The translations under genes and the position numbers were made by a program. DNA of 64,000 nucleotides from Acidobacteriota bacterium (GTDB lineage Bacteria > Acidobacteriota > UBA6911): the NCBI GenBank assembly GCA_963664705.1, contig OY761556.1, positions 2,688,001-2,752,000 on the forward strand, written 5' to 3'. Below the pieces are notes generated by a model. It was not told the DNA's origin. It searched no databases and worked only from the letters and a program-made list of their open reading frames with translations. Positions 29,459-40,138 of the stretch are shown here, piece by piece (the first letter of the stretch is position 1; each line of letters begins with the position of its first letter).

Positions 29459-31414
29459 TCACGGCCGTGGTCCATAGTGCGGAAGAGGCTGATCGACTTC
29501 ATACGCACCCAGGTCCGGCGCACGTCCAGTGAAATCGTCATTAATGTTTTGGAGTCGAGTCCCGCCATCCACGGCCGCCGCTCCCGGTCGGAGCCGGAAA
29601 TCAAATGCCTCGGGTTTATAGATTTTTTGCGGGTCGGCCGGATCTGGTGCCGAAATCCTCTGAAATACATCGTAATCGATCAGAATGCTGTGCTTGTCCT
29701 GGCCAGTGGCCTGGGTGAAAGCCTGGAGCGTTTTGAACTTCCGCTCTTCCCGTTTCGAAGTAAAATCCGCACGCGTCCCGAAAGGAGGAGAATTCCACAT
29801 GAAAGAAACATCGGCGTCCTCATTGGGACGGAACCCATTGTAGTCAGAGCTCGAGTAGTTGGTAAATGTATCAACCGTGAAAATTTCTGCGACTTCGCTT
29901 CGGCTGAGAATCAGGTTGTTGCGGAAATGCAAATTGGATACAGCCGAAAGCATCCATCGCGCAGGCGCAATCAGCGTGTTGTGATAGACCAGGATTCCCG
30001 ACGATCCATACATGAACTTCAAAGCTCCACCTTCCGGGACGTGGTACACAACATTGCGCATGAAGTACACCGGGCCGCCAAAGACAGGTTGAGTACTCAG
30101 CGCGCGATGAGCATCATTGAAGCACCGGTTGCGAAATACCCGGATGTTATGGGCAGCGCCGTCGGCCTCGATGCAGTTGTCGTCGACATTTGTGATGTCG
30201 TTATTGTAAAAATCTATCGAAACCGGCAGCCGGTCCCGAATCGGATTCGGCGTACCGTCCGGGTCGCCGTACGTGGCGTGATCGATCCCGTCATGAAAAT
30301 TGGCAACATAGTTATATGCAACCACATGGCCTGAACCATAAACCTTCACGGCAAACTCAGAAAGCATCCGGTTGGGAAACCCCGGGAGATTTCTCCAGGT
30401 ATTTCCGATCCAGCCCATCAGCACGTCGGATCTGTTCCTACCGACAAAAATATTGTCTGCGATATAATAGTCTTTTGAGCCGGACCAGTCGGTGTATATT
30501 CCACGGCCGATGTTTTCGAAGCGGCATTTCTTAACAGTAAGACCGCTGGAACCCGCAATATTCTTCAGCCCCGCCACAAATGCAATATCGGTATTGCGGA
30601 TGGTCAACCCCTCGAAGTAGTTGTAATTTGCGGCCATCACATTGAACAAGGTATGCGCCCCGTCGCCATCGAATATCACCTCTCCATCACCTGCAGACTT
30701 AATGACGATGGGTTTGTCGGCCGTTCCGCTTTGCGTCAGGAAAAACGTTCCATCCGATGGAGCGGTGCCCGCATCACCTCCCTGCGCGTAGGAAAACCGG
30801 TTGTCTTTGTATAAACCCGCATGCACAAGAATCGTATCGCCAGGCCTCACGCGTGGCGGAAACGTATTGTGATTATCCGTGTGCGAGGAGCCCATGAAAT
30901 ATGCGGCTCCCAATCCAGTGAAGGCTGGTATCTCTTTCGGGCCCTTATAGCCTCCAGGGTAGACATGATAAACCTGTCCTCCCGCGAATGGCATTGGTTC
31001 CGGGCGTGTGCGCACAGCAATCAGGTATTCCGCTTTTCCTCTAACGCCATCAGGATCGCTCAACACAAATCGGCACTCATATTCGGCTCCCGGGGTTAAA
31101 TCAAAGATGCTCCCAGCGAACATATTGGGCGCGGTATAGGACATGGGGCCGCTGATGGTCGGCTCGCGCTGCAGCCGCAATAATGGCAGCCCCTGTTTCC
31201 ATTCCTTTTTCCCCATCTGCCGATAAAAAACGGCGACTCCCGCATTTCGGTTATCATCGCCGTCTATCTGCCACTCAAATCCGAGGGAAATCAGGGTTGG
31301 AGGCTCCGCGATGAATTCTTTGGAAACAACGCCATCGCCCGCTTCAAGAGCATGTGCGAGAAACGGCAGAATGGACAATAGGATCGCGATTCGGCATTGT
31401 GCAAATATTCGCAT
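29459..31414 (-). CDS. Secreted right-handed beta-helix (pectin-lyase-fold) protein
   Basis: Signal peptide; PGDTILVHAGLY, GTADKPIVI, Asn-rich coil repeats and C-terminal APDLGAYE. Confidence 0.78.
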   Translation of the reverse strand: MRIFAQCRIAILLSILPFLAHALEAGDGVVSKEFIAEPPTLISLGFEWQIDGDDNRNAGVAVFYRQMGKKEWKQGLPLLRLQREPTISGPMSYTAPNMFAGSIFDLTPGAEYECRFVLSDPDGVRGKAEYLIAVRTRPEPMPFAGGQVYHVYPGGYKGPKEIPAFTGLGAAYFMGSSHTDNHNTFPPRVRPGDTILVHAGLYKDNRFSYAQGGDAGTAPSDGTFFLTQSGTADKPIVIKSAGDGEVIFDGDGAHTLFNVMAANYNYFEGLTIRNTDIAFVAGLKNIAGSSGLTVKKCRFENIGRGIYTDWSGSKDYYIADNIFVGRNRSDVLMGWIGNTWRNLPGFPNRMLSEFAVKVYGSGHVVAYNYVANFHDGIDHATYGDPDGTPNPIRDRLPVSIDFYNNDITNVDDNCIEADGAAHNIRVFRNRCFNDAHRALSTQPVFGGPVYFMRNVVYHVPEGGALKFMYGSSGILVYHNTLIAPARWMLSAVSNLHFRNNLILSRSEVAEIFTVDTFTNYSSSDYNGFRPNEDADVSFMWNSPPFGTRADFTSKREERKFKTLQAFTQATGQDKHSILIDYDVFQRISAPDPADPQKIYKPEAFDFRLRPGAAAVDGGTRLQNINDDFTGRAPDLGAYEVDQPLPHYGPRP

Positions 31415-31694
31415 GGTTCAAAACCTCCTATGTTTCGAGTCCTGCTCGCCCAAGGGGACCGCTGAACCGCGCTGCAAACGCCTGGAACCCGGCATCCTCA
31501 GCGGTTAATCCATCATCGATAGCGCGGGATGCCGATTCAAAATCTTTTCGTAGCCCGGTGCCAAAGTCACCATGGAATGCGGGTTCCCCGGAGCGCCTCC
31601 GTCTCAGCGGCCAGGCGCTCCGGCTTTGGGGCTGAAGCAAAACCCCAGGGACTCCACCTCCGGCAAGACACTTCTGTGTGCCGGCGACTACCGT

Positions 31695-33320
31695 TTACTT
31701 TGCCGATGTGCGCTTTTCGTTCTCCATAAACACATCGCAGACTGGCCGTCTCAAGCCTTCTTTGACAACCGGCCCGGCATCCATGAAATCAACATAAGCG
31801 CGCCTGGTTGCATCGAACTTCGGCCATTTCACCAGGCTTGCCCCGTTAGGATCGCCGGTCTTGGCAAAGTTGATCCAATACTGGCGTAGCATCTTCCCAT
31901 ATTGCTGATCCGAATCGTCGTAATGCCGCATTTGTTGCCACACGGAAAAGGTACCGAAAATAAATGGGATTTCAGAGGCGTGAGCGGCGCCCTGAGCTTC
32001 CTGTCCATGGACGGTGCGGGAAAATTGATATTGGTAACCCGGATTCCCGGCAGCCGTGTGCCAGATCAACTCCTGAACCGAACCGCAACGAAACGCGTTA
32101 TCCGTGCTCCACTGCGTCATCACGCTGCCGTCTTCGGGATCCGGCGGCGGTTCGCTTCCATTGGTCAGTCCGTACGCAGCCAGCGCGCGATCGGAGAGCG
32201 GGCCATATCGTTGGGAGATCATCTGACGAATATCCGTCGGGGGCGCAACGCCTCTTCCTCCTCCCATGCCCGGCATTCCGGCTCCAAACTCCTGAGAGTT
32301 ATTCCCGATCATCAGCGCCACTTTCTGCTGACGGCCTTCCGCATAAATCTTTGTGGGCTGCTCCGGAAGCACCCATCCATCCACGATAATTGAAAGCGCA
32401 GGACCGCCGCCGCCCATCCCCGGCATTCCCATACCGCCTCCCTGTCCCAATTTCCCCATCAACTCTTTATCGGGGATCGCGCGCAGCTTTGCCAGCGCCT
32501 GATCTCCGGAAATGTCCTGCTTGGCAGCCCACTCTACATTCCTTTTTTCTGCATCTGCCAACAGCGTTTGATTGCTTACCGGGCCGCTCTGTGCAATCAC
32601 CCGCAGGAACAGTCCCTTCGTCAAAGGGGTTGCAATCAACGCATTCACGTCGGCAGCGCCAGCGGATTCACCGAAGATCGTGACATTGGCCGGGTTGCCG
32701 CCGAATTTGGCGATGTTCTGCTGCACCCAGCGCAGGGCTTGAATCTGATCCATCAGCCCATAATTGCCGGAGGCATGGTGTGAAGACTCTTTGGTGAGTT
32801 CAGGATGCGCAAAGAATCCGAAGATGCCTAGCCGGTAATTTGCCGTTACCAGCACCACTCCGTTGCGGGCCAGGACTTCACCGTTGAAGAGAGCTTCCAC
32901 CCCTGATCCTGCCGTATTGCCTCCACCGTGAAACCACACCATCACAGGCGTAGAGGACTTCATGGGCCACACCGGCGTCCACACGTTTAATTGCAGACAG
33001 TCTTCACTATGAGGCAACTGCTGGTTGCCGCTTTGATGACACATGGGTCCGAAGGATGTTGCATCACGGACGCCGGTCCAGGATTTTGCAGGAGCCGGCT
33101 CTTTCCAGCGCAGATCGCCGACCGGCGGTTGTGCAAAGGGAATGTTCTTAAAAACCGCAACTCCATCGGGGGCGATGCTGCCGCGCAGCTGTCCCGTGCT
33201 GACCGAAACGGTCGGGTTGGCTCCGGAGCCTGACGCCGATTGCGCAGAACACGCGGGCGTAATGGCCTGGCCTAAACACAGGATGCATGCCAACAAGATA
33301 ATGCCTTTTATCAAATTCAT
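31695..33320 (-). CDS. Secreted type-B carboxylesterase
   Basis: SEDCLQLNVW, GESAG, NSQE and AAHASEI; ATG 33320 follows GGAAGGGA. Confidence 0.92.
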   Translation of the reverse strand: MNLIKGIILLACILCLGQAITPACSAQSASGSGANPTVSVSTGQLRGSIAPDGVAVFKNIPFAQPPVGDLRWKEPAPAKSWTGVRDATSFGPMCHQSGNQQLPHSEDCLQLNVWTPVWPMKSSTPVMVWFHGGGNTAGSGVEALFNGEVLARNGVVLVTANYRLGIFGFFAHPELTKESSHHASGNYGLMDQIQALRWVQQNIAKFGGNPANVTIFGESAGAADVNALIATPLTKGLFLRVIAQSGPVSNQTLLADAEKRNVEWAAKQDISGDQALAKLRAIPDKELMGKLGQGGGMGMPGMGGGGPALSIIVDGWVLPEQPTKIYAEGRQQKVALMIGNNSQEFGAGMPGMGGGRGVAPPTDIRQMISQRYGPLSDRALAAYGLTNGSEPPPDPEDGSVMTQWSTDNAFRCGSVQELIWHTAAGNPGYQYQFSRTVHGQEAQGAAHASEIPFIFGTFSVWQQMRHYDDSDQQYGKMLRQYWINFAKTGDPNGASLVKWPKFDATRRAYVDFMDAGPVVKEGLRRPVCDVFMENEKRTSAK

Positions 33321-33373
33321 GGCTCTTTCCCTTCCAGAAATACTGGCCAATCCTTTATGCAGAACTCCCATGC

Positions 33374-34192
33374 TCATTGGAGTGTCTTCAGCCAGTCATT
33401 TAACGCTGTTTTGAATGCATTGTACTGCTCACGTCGAATGCTGTGCCCTGCGCCTTTGATGTATACCCACTTAAATGGCGCACTGGATTTCCATAGTTGA
33501 GCCGCATTCTCCGCCGTTTCTCTGGACACAATGCCCCGTTCCGCAATGATGAGGAACGTAGGGCACTGAATCCTGGTAACAATTTCTTCATAAGGGAGTG
33601 AAGGGACGCCGACATCATTAAAGATGGCCGCATCCCAACGTTTCCTGGAATTTGCCCAGGGTACTATTTCATCTTCGGGCCAGGTAGGATTGTCCTTCCG
33701 CCCTCTGGCTTTTATCTCCTCCAGCGGCAGCTTCGCCAATTCTGTTTGATAAGCCCGTATCGCCTCATGGTTCTTCTTCGCAATTTCAAAGTCTTGCGGT
33801 TTTGGCGGGAACAAACCCCAGGATGGATCTTCAAGAATGATGGCTCGGGGCAAGTCAGGGTAATCCATTGCAACGCTGCAGGCAATTCCCGCACCCATGG
33901 AATGCCCCATTACGATCGGCTTTTCGAGCCCCAGCTGTGTGGCCAGTCCGGCAATATGTTTGGTATGGTTATCAAATGAAAAATCCGCGCCTAATCTATC
34001 AGATTGTCCATGCCCCTGCGCATCCGGCATGATGACGTCATATCGTTCAGCAAGTTCCCGGGCTGTCCGCCCCCAGCAAAGCCCATCGTCTGTGCCGCCG
34101 TGCAATAACACAATAGGAGGCTTGTTCCCACCGGATCGGTAGTAGTGGATTTTGATCCCATCTATGACGATATCGCATTCTTGAAATTCCAT
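33374..34192 (-). CDS. Cytoplasmic alpha/beta hydrolase
   Basis: LLHG, DAQGHGQS, GHSMG and GAGHSI motifs. Confidence 0.9.
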   Translation of the reverse strand: MEFQECDIVIDGIKIHYYRSGGNKPPIVLLHGGTDDGLCWGRTARELAERYDVIMPDAQGHGQSDRLGADFSFDNHTKHIAGLATQLGLEKPIVMGHSMGAGIACSVAMDYPDLPRAIILEDPSWGLFPPKPQDFEIAKKNHEAIRAYQTELAKLPLEEIKARGRKDNPTWPEDEIVPWANSRKRWDAAIFNDVGVPSLPYEEIVTRIQCPTFLIIAERGIVSRETAENAAQLWKSSAPFKWVYIKGAGHSIRREQYNAFKTALNDWLKTLQ

Positions 34193-34218
34193 ACTCATCT
34201 CCAAGCTCCGGCTTCCCT

Positions 34219-36867
34219 TTAGTACTTGAGCGTGCCTCGCACGTGCGGTATGCCGGGTAAGGGTTGGCCGCCACCAACGCTGATCTCCACTGTAGACTTT
34301 GATAGGTCACTGGAACCAAGCGTAAAACTCACCCGACGGCGTTCACCCGCGCGCAGATGAATTCGCTTGAACCCGCGCAGGCTCCGAATCGGCGACTCCT
34401 CGCCAGCGCCACCTGCGACATACAACTGAACGACTTCATCGCCATTCAGGGCGGAGGTATTCTTTACCGTCGCCTGAATTTCGGCACCCGTACTCGTCCG
34501 TTTTGCCCTCAGTCCGGAATATTCAAAATGCGAATAGCTCAGACCGAAGCCGAATGAATACAGGGGATCTCCTTTAAAGTATCGGTAGGTGCGGCCCTTC
34601 ATGGCATAGTCGGCAAAGGAAGGAAGCTGATCCACGCTCTTATAGAACGTTACAGGAAGACGCCCCGCCGGGTTGTTCACCCCCGCCAGTGTCTCCGCGA
34701 TAGCCGTGCCGAGTTCTTCTCCGCCATACCATGCAGCGAGCAGTGCATTGGCATGCGCCGCCGCATAGTTAGCGGAAATGGCGCTGCCACTGGTCAGGAC
34801 TACAACCACGGGCTTTCCTGTAGCAATAGCCGCCCTTACAAGACTTTCCTGAGGCTCGGGCAAATCAAGGCTGGTACGATCGCCGCCAAGGAAGCCCGGG
34901 ATTTTTACGCCGGGCATCTCTTCCCCTTCCAACTCAGAACTCAGGCCGACGAAAACAATGGCGATATCAGAATCCTTTATAAGCGCCTCAGCCTCGCTCA
35001 GGATCACACCGGCTGGCGGAATCCATCCGAGCTGCATGGTGCCTCCGGAACCTGGCTGCCGGTATTCCACACGCAAGGAATACCTCCGACCACCTTCCAA
35101 TCGCACGGAGCCGCGCGGCTGCCTTCCGGATCCCATAGCCGATTGCATCGAAGTCATTTGAGTGGAAGGCCCCATGCCAAAGGCGATTTCCCTGTCGTCA
35201 AGAAATAAGCGAGCTGTAGCCGAGCGATTCCACATGCCGGCATGAACGGTCAGATCATATTCGCCTGATGCCGGTGGTGTCAGGGTGCCCGTCCAGCGCA
35301 CTGAATATTTTTCATTGCCAATCGCTGCTATAACCGCGGGATCTTCCATCCCCGTATCGAGATAACCTCGGGGTTCGCGCCGGCGGAGCTTCGGGTCTCC
35401 CTGAAGATCAGGATTGTTGAAGTACTCGGCCACCAATCCGCGCCCGTTGCCGCTCGAGGGCGACAGGAATGTCGAGGGAACTAATGCGTGCGTGCTTGCC
35501 GTATAGGTGGCGCCGAGAGCATACCGCACTTGCGCAGCAGAAAACTGCTGTTCGATTCCTTCCAGCGGCGTTACCTGTTTGGACGAAATGCCGTTGTAAT
35601 TGCCAAGCAGCGCAACAGGATCATCCGCGGAAGGCCCGATGACGGCGATCTTGCGAACCGATGGGCTCAACGGAAGAATCCCCTTATGGTTCTTGAGAAG
35701 CACGATCGCCTTCTCTTCCGCTTCCCGCGCCACTAGCCGGTGTGCGCTCGAATCATTCTCGGAGATGGGAATTTTCGAGTATGGAACCCTATCCGGAGGA
35801 TCAAACATACCCAGGCGAATCCTTGCCACAAAGAGCCGCTCGAGGGAACGATTGATCTCGGCTTCCGCGATTCGTCCTGCTTTCATCTCGTCCAGTAATG
35901 TTCGATATTCGGTTCCGCAGGTGAGGTCGGTGCCCGCTTTGACTGCTGCAGCGGCTGCGCCGCCGAGCGCAGGCGTATATTTATGATTTGCATAGATATC
36001 GTTTATGGCACCGCAATCACTCACGACGTATCCCTGGAAACCCCATTGCTCCCGCAACCGTTTCTGCAGCAAATCTGTACTTGCGCATCCGGGCACACCG
36101 GCAACCGAGTTGTAGACGCACATGATCGAATCGGCCTTCCCCTCTGTAACTGCTATGCGGAACGCCTCCAGATAGGTGTTCACCAGGTCGTACTCGCTCA
36201 CCTTCGCGTCAAAGACATGCCGCTGTGGTTCCGGACCACTGTGCACGGCATAGTGCTTGGGCGTGGAGATGACTTTCAGGTAATTCGGATCCTTCCCCTG
36301 CATCCCGGTAACGAATGCGACGCCCATGCGTCCGGTCAGATGGGGATCTTCTCCGTAGGTTTCCTGGCCCCGTCCCCAACGGGGATCCCGGAAGATGTTG
36401 ATATTCGGCGACCAGTATGTCAGTCCGGCAGTGCGTCCTGGAAGGACAGCAAGGGCGTCTGGTCCGGAAGGAGCCGGACGCGTCAAGGCATCGTTGTATT
36501 TAGCCCTGGCCTCGGTGGAGATAATATCGGCAACGCGATACATCAGACCCGTATCCCACGTGGCGGCAAGTCCAATGGCCTGCGGAAAGACGGTGGCCCT
36601 GCCTTGGGCCACACCGTGCAACGCCTCATTCCACCAGTTATAGGCAGGCACACCGAGACGTGGGATCGCCGGAGCAGTACTCTGCATCTGAAGTACCTTT
36701 TCCTCAGGTGTCATGCGGGAAACAAGATCAGCCGCGCGCCGCTCTGGAGTCAGATTTGGATTCAGATATGGCATTTCGCTTTGTTGTTGTGCGAAGGAGA
36801 CAGAAGCAATCAACCAAATCAAAGCGATCACAAGTCTGTTGATCTTCAATTCAATATCTCCCGTCAT
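34219..36867 (-). CDS. Secreted GH3 beta-glucosidase/beta-xylosidase with PA14 insertion
   Basis: WWNEALHG, WSPNINIFRDPRWGRGQETYGEDP, KHYAVH and VVSDC nucleophile; PA14-like insert and Fn3-like end. Start may be TTG 36849. Confidence 0.93.
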   Translation of the reverse strand: MTGDIELKINRLVIALIWLIASVSFAQQQSEMPYLNPNLTPERRAADLVSRMTPEEKVLQMQSTAPAIPRLGVPAYNWWNEALHGVAQGRATVFPQAIGLAATWDTGLMYRVADIISTEARAKYNDALTRPAPSGPDALAVLPGRTAGLTYWSPNINIFRDPRWGRGQETYGEDPHLTGRMGVAFVTGMQGKDPNYLKVISTPKHYAVHSGPEPQRHVFDAKVSEYDLVNTYLEAFRIAVTEGKADSIMCVYNSVAGVPGCASTDLLQKRLREQWGFQGYVVSDCGAINDIYANHKYTPALGGAAAAAVKAGTDLTCGTEYRTLLDEMKAGRIAEAEINRSLERLFVARIRLGMFDPPDRVPYSKIPISENDSSAHRLVAREAEEKAIVLLKNHKGILPLSPSVRKIAVIGPSADDPVALLGNYNGISSKQVTPLEGIEQQFSAAQVRYALGATYTASTHALVPSTFLSPSSGNGRGLVAEYFNNPDLQGDPKLRRREPRGYLDTGMEDPAVIAAIGNEKYSVRWTGTLTPPASGEYDLTVHAGMWNRSATARLFLDDREIAFGMGPSTQMTSMQSAMGSGRQPRGSVRLEGGRRYSLRVEYRQPGSGGTMQLGWIPPAGVILSEAEALIKDSDIAIVFVGLSSELEGEEMPGVKIPGFLGGDRTSLDLPEPQESLVRAAIATGKPVVVVLTSGSAISANYAAAHANALLAAWYGGEELGTAIAETLAGVNNPAGRLPVTFYKSVDQLPSFADYAMKGRTYRYFKGDPLYSFGFGLSYSHFEYSGLRAKRTSTGAEIQATVKNTSALNGDEVVQLYVAGGAGEESPIRSLRGFKRIHLRAGERRRVSFTLGSSDLSKSTVEISVGGGQPLPGIPHVRGTLKY

Positions 36868-36878
36868 TTGTAAGCCCG

Positions 36879-38225
36879 TTATTTGCTGGAGTTCTGAACC
36901 TTCCCGTCTGTGCTTTGCGTGCCCAGCAAGATGCCTAGAGGGATATAGTCTGCCATTGCCTTGTACCCTGATGCACCCGGGTGCACGTGATCTCCTGAAT
37001 CGTACTCCGCGCGCATCTTTGTCGGCGCATCGGGGTCTCTCATCAACTTATCGAAATCGATGACCGCATCAAACGCATTCGAAGTGCGGATCCACTGGTT
37101 TACCGCCTGCCGGATAACCTCTCTCTCCGCAGAATACGTATTGACGCCTTCGCAGGGCATTATTGTCGCCCCATAAACCTTGATGCCATGAGCGCGAGCT
37201 CGGGTGATGATCTGTTGCAAGCCCACAATCAGTTCTTCTGCCGATACAGCCTGCGCGCTGAATGGGCCATCCGCAGAACTCCCATTCCCGGATTTTCCTC
37301 CCGGCAGCTTAATATGCGAAAATGTGATGTCGTTGATTCCTTCCAGCACTATCAAGTGGGTGACACCCGGCAGGGACAGAACATCGCGGTCAAAGCGAGC
37401 GAGGGCGCTTGCGCCGGCGCCATCATGCAGGATACGATTCCCACTGATTCCCTGGTTCACAACGGCAAGCTTCGTTGACTTTTGCGCGGCCAATCGCTGC
37501 GCAAGTTGCGAAGGATAATCAATGTAGCTGGCACTTTTCGCTCCATAGCCCTGCGTTATGGAGTCGCCAAAGGCCACCAGGGTGGAAACTCCGGTGGGCA
37601 CCCACATATCGATGCCGGAGAGGAAGTACCATGACTGCCTTTCATCCGCATCCGGCAATTCCGTTTTGGAGGTCAAATCGCCTGGACCCAAAACATAGGC
37701 ATCGTGTAATGCCTGTCCGTGCATGCTCATGCCCGGTATTGAACCAGGCAAATAAACGCTGATTGACACCTCTGCAAATGACTTCACGGCCAAATCAACC
37801 GGGTCGCTAAAAGCGGGAGCTCCCGCAGGAATAGTAATCCGGGATCGTCCGCCAAAGGTCAGCGCATGATCTGTCGCCCGCTGGATTTTGGATCCTGCAT
37901 CCGTTAAAGCAATGCGCGCGGATGCAATATTCAATGGAGCCGAGCCAAATTCATTCGAGAACCGCACTCGCAGATGCTGTCCGCCAATTCCCGGCCGGAC
38001 AATCATGCGAATGGTTTTATCAGCGATTGCCGGCTCGGCAGCGACTCCCGGGATAGGATTTGGAGCATAGAGAGCCGTTGTCCAGGCGCTCACCCAATGG
38101 CCGCCAGGAACGGCCTTCTGTGCGGCAGCTTGTCGACACGGCATTATTGCCACAAACAGAACAACGAGTCCTATCTCTATATGTTTCTTAAGCACAGGAA
38201 TCCTTTCTAAAAGCGGGACATTCAA
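36879..38225 (-). CDS. Secreted SGNH/GDSL hydrolase (acetyl esterase-like)
   Basis: GDSIT block I, GISGN block II, GIND block III and DHVHP block V. Confidence 0.9.
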   Translation of the reverse strand: MNVPLLERIPVLKKHIEIGLVVLFVAIMPCRQAAAQKAVPGGHWVSAWTTALYAPNPIPGVAAEPAIADKTIRMIVRPGIGGQHLRVRFSNEFGSAPLNIASARIALTDAGSKIQRATDHALTFGGRSRITIPAGAPAFSDPVDLAVKSFAEVSISVYLPGSIPGMSMHGQALHDAYVLGPGDLTSKTELPDADERQSWYFLSGIDMWVPTGVSTLVAFGDSITQGYGAKSASYIDYPSQLAQRLAAQKSTKLAVVNQGISGNRILHDGAGASALARFDRDVLSLPGVTHLIVLEGINDITFSHIKLPGGKSGNGSSADGPFSAQAVSAEELIVGLQQIITRARAHGIKVYGATIMPCEGVNTYSAEREVIRQAVNQWIRTSNAFDAVIDFDKLMRDPDAPTKMRAEYDSGDHVHPGASGYKAMADYIPLGILLGTQSTDGKVQNSSK

Positions 38226-39445
38226 TTCTTTGCGCCATTGGCTTTAAACAGCATCGGCACCGTTTCGTTCAAATAGTTGCGCCAGACACTCCAAACATGG
38301 CTGCCTTCCGTCTCGTGATACAACACACGTACACCTTTTTTGCCTAACAACTCCACAAACCTTAGATTCGCCTGGTAGAGGAAATCCTGCTTGCCGCAGC
38401 CAATCCAGAGCAATCGAAGATTGGAATTGAGGCCTCTCGAGTTCGCGAAAGCCTCTTTGAACTCCGTTTCCGCGTTCATGAAAGGCCCGCCGACAGCGGC
38501 ACTGTATCCCAATACGAAATGAAACAGATCCGTGTGTGCAAGCCCGATTGACAGAGCCTGTCCGCCCCCCATGGAAAGTCCTGCGATCGCTCGGTGATCT
38601 GAATCCGCATATACTCGATAACTCCGTTCCACCAACGGAATGACATCCTGGATCAGATCAGGCGCAAACCGCTTCGAAAACATATCCGTCTCGCCTTCAA
38701 GGCGAACGAGAGGGCCGACATTGGCGCCTTGCAGCGCATGCCCCTGCGGCATAACCACGAGCATGGGCAGTGCCTTTTTATCCGCGATAAGGTTGTCCAG
38801 GATGATGTTTGCCCGGCCATTCATGACCCAGCCGTTTTGTGCTTCGCCATTTCCATGCAGAAGATAAAGCACCGGATACTTCGCACGGCTTTTGTCATAG
38901 TCCGGAGGCGTATAGACCCAGAGCCAGCGAGTTACCCCCATGGTCTTCGAGTCATAGAGGACCATCCGGACTTCCCCATGCGGAACAGGCCTTGAATCAT
39001 AAAAAGCCGGTCTGTCACCCGGCACTTCGACAAAACTGGACATCGCAAAGCCCGGCGGAACAGGCTTGATGGCAGGATTTGACGGGTCTGTGATTTCTAT
39101 GCCCTGGATTCGAAAGTTGTAACTCCAGATTTCGGCCGGCAGCGGACCGAGAGTGGCAGTCCAGATTCCATCTCCCCCTTTTGTCATAGCAAGCGCGCCC
39201 TTGCCCTGAAGTATCTCTCCGACCACATCCACCTGAGTCGCGTTGGGCGCAAGGAATCGCAGGGTCACGGTGCGATCCGGGTGAACCTCGGGCGAATGAA
39301 GGGCTGTATAAGGGGTGAGGATCCCCCCGCCTCTGCCGGCGCCGCCCTCCCCCGCCGGCCGCGTTTGCTGCTGGGCGCTGGTAAGAGCCACCGTTAACAG
39401 AATGGTAATCACGCTTGTCGTGTGCTTTGCAAGTCTTCTCTGCAT
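38222..39445 (-). CDS. Secreted CE1-like esterase with E-set/CBM48-like domain
   Basis: SPEVHPDRTVT, VYTPPDY, YLLHG, GLSMGG and GSHVW motifs. Confidence 0.88.
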   Translation of the reverse strand: MQRRLAKHTTSVITILLTVALTSAQQQTRPAGEGGAGRGGGILTPYTALHSPEVHPDRTVTLRFLAPNATQVDVVGEILQGKGALAMTKGGDGIWTATLGPLPAEIWSYNFRIQGIEITDPSNPAIKPVPPGFAMSSFVEVPGDRPAFYDSRPVPHGEVRMVLYDSKTMGVTRWLWVYTPPDYDKSRAKYPVLYLLHGNGEAQNGWVMNGRANIILDNLIADKKALPMLVVMPQGHALQGANVGPLVRLEGETDMFSKRFAPDLIQDVIPLVERSYRVYADSDHRAIAGLSMGGGQALSIGLAHTDLFHFVLGYSAAVGGPFMNAETEFKEAFANSRGLNSNLRLLWIGCGKQDFLYQANLRFVELLGKKGVRVLYHETEGSHVWSVWRNYLNETVPMLFKANGAKN

Positions 39446-39542
39446 GAGATCCTTTGCCGTGCTAACTCCCAAAGTAGGGGGAGGAAACTGGGATCGGTCC
39501 ACCCGGACCGATCCATACCGATTCTCATATCAGTTTGCACAT

Positions 39543-39572
39543 TGTCAAGAAATATGTCACATATGTGTGACA
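39543..39572 (-). promoter_or_regulatory. Palindromic operator, copy 3 (TGTCACA-TATG-TGTGACA), with minus-strand TTGACA 6 bp away
   Basis: Palindrome at 39555-39572; TGTCAA at 39543-39548 reads TTGACA on the minus strand. It heads the minus-strand run 39445 to 26272. Confidence 0.8.
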
Positions 39573-39622
39573 TCATTTGTCTCTTGATTTGTTGTTTTTA
39601 ACGTTCAGAAGGGGAAAAGCTC

Positions 39623-40138
39623 ATGATCTGGAGAGTAGGAGTGCTTGCGACATTGGTTGTGTTGATGGGATGCAGTGCAGTTCCGGCCAGGGCCCAGAAT
39701 AAAGTCTCAAATATGGTCACGATATCGGAGGATCGCATGGCAATAGAGGAAACCCTGCGCCGCTACGTGCGAGCCCTCGACGAATCGGACCTGGATGCCT
39801 ATCTTGCTACCCTCACCGATGATGCAAAATTCGTTTCCGCGGAAAGCAGCTATGCAGGCAAGGAAGCGATCCGCAAATATGTGGAACCTGTAATGCAATC
39901 ACGCCAGCAACGCCGAAAGACGGAAGGCGCCCAGGCGACGGCCACGCATCATGTGGTGACCAACCAGTCGATTGAATTCACCGATCGAAATAGCGCCGTG
40001 GTGCGCGCCTACTGGATGTTTGTTGTGGCGCATGGTGCAAACAAACCAATGACCATCGATATCATGGGATCGTCAGAAGACTATTTGATCCGACAAAATG
40101 GCAAGTGGCTGATCCGGGAACGCCGCGTTGCACCCTAA
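39623..40138 (+). CDS. Secreted single-domain SnoaL-like (NTF2-fold) protein
   Basis: EDRMAIEE..RY..ALD, THHVVTN and G.W.I..R pattern; signal peptide. Confidence 0.82.
   Translation: MIWRVGVLATLVVLMGCSAVPARAQNKVSNMVTISEDRMAIEETLRRYVRALDESDLDAYLATLTDDAKFVSAESSYAGKEAIRKYVEPVMQSRQQRRKTEGAQATATHHVVTNQSIEFTDRNSAVVRAYWMFVVAHGANKPMTIDIMGSSEDYLIRQNGKWLIRERRVAP

Noticed and set aside
28874-30334. 486-aa plus-strand ORF
   Set aside because: Antisense shadow of two well-supported minus-strand genes; Arg-rich and without motifs.
32260-32435. Repeated GMPGMGGG-coding segments in a carboxylesterase
   Set aside because: Low-complexity Gly/Met loops also occur in other secreted proteins here; a lineage trait rather than a distinct element.
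35983-36873. 296-aa plus-strand ORF
   Set aside because: Antisense to the GH3 gene; no recognisable domain.
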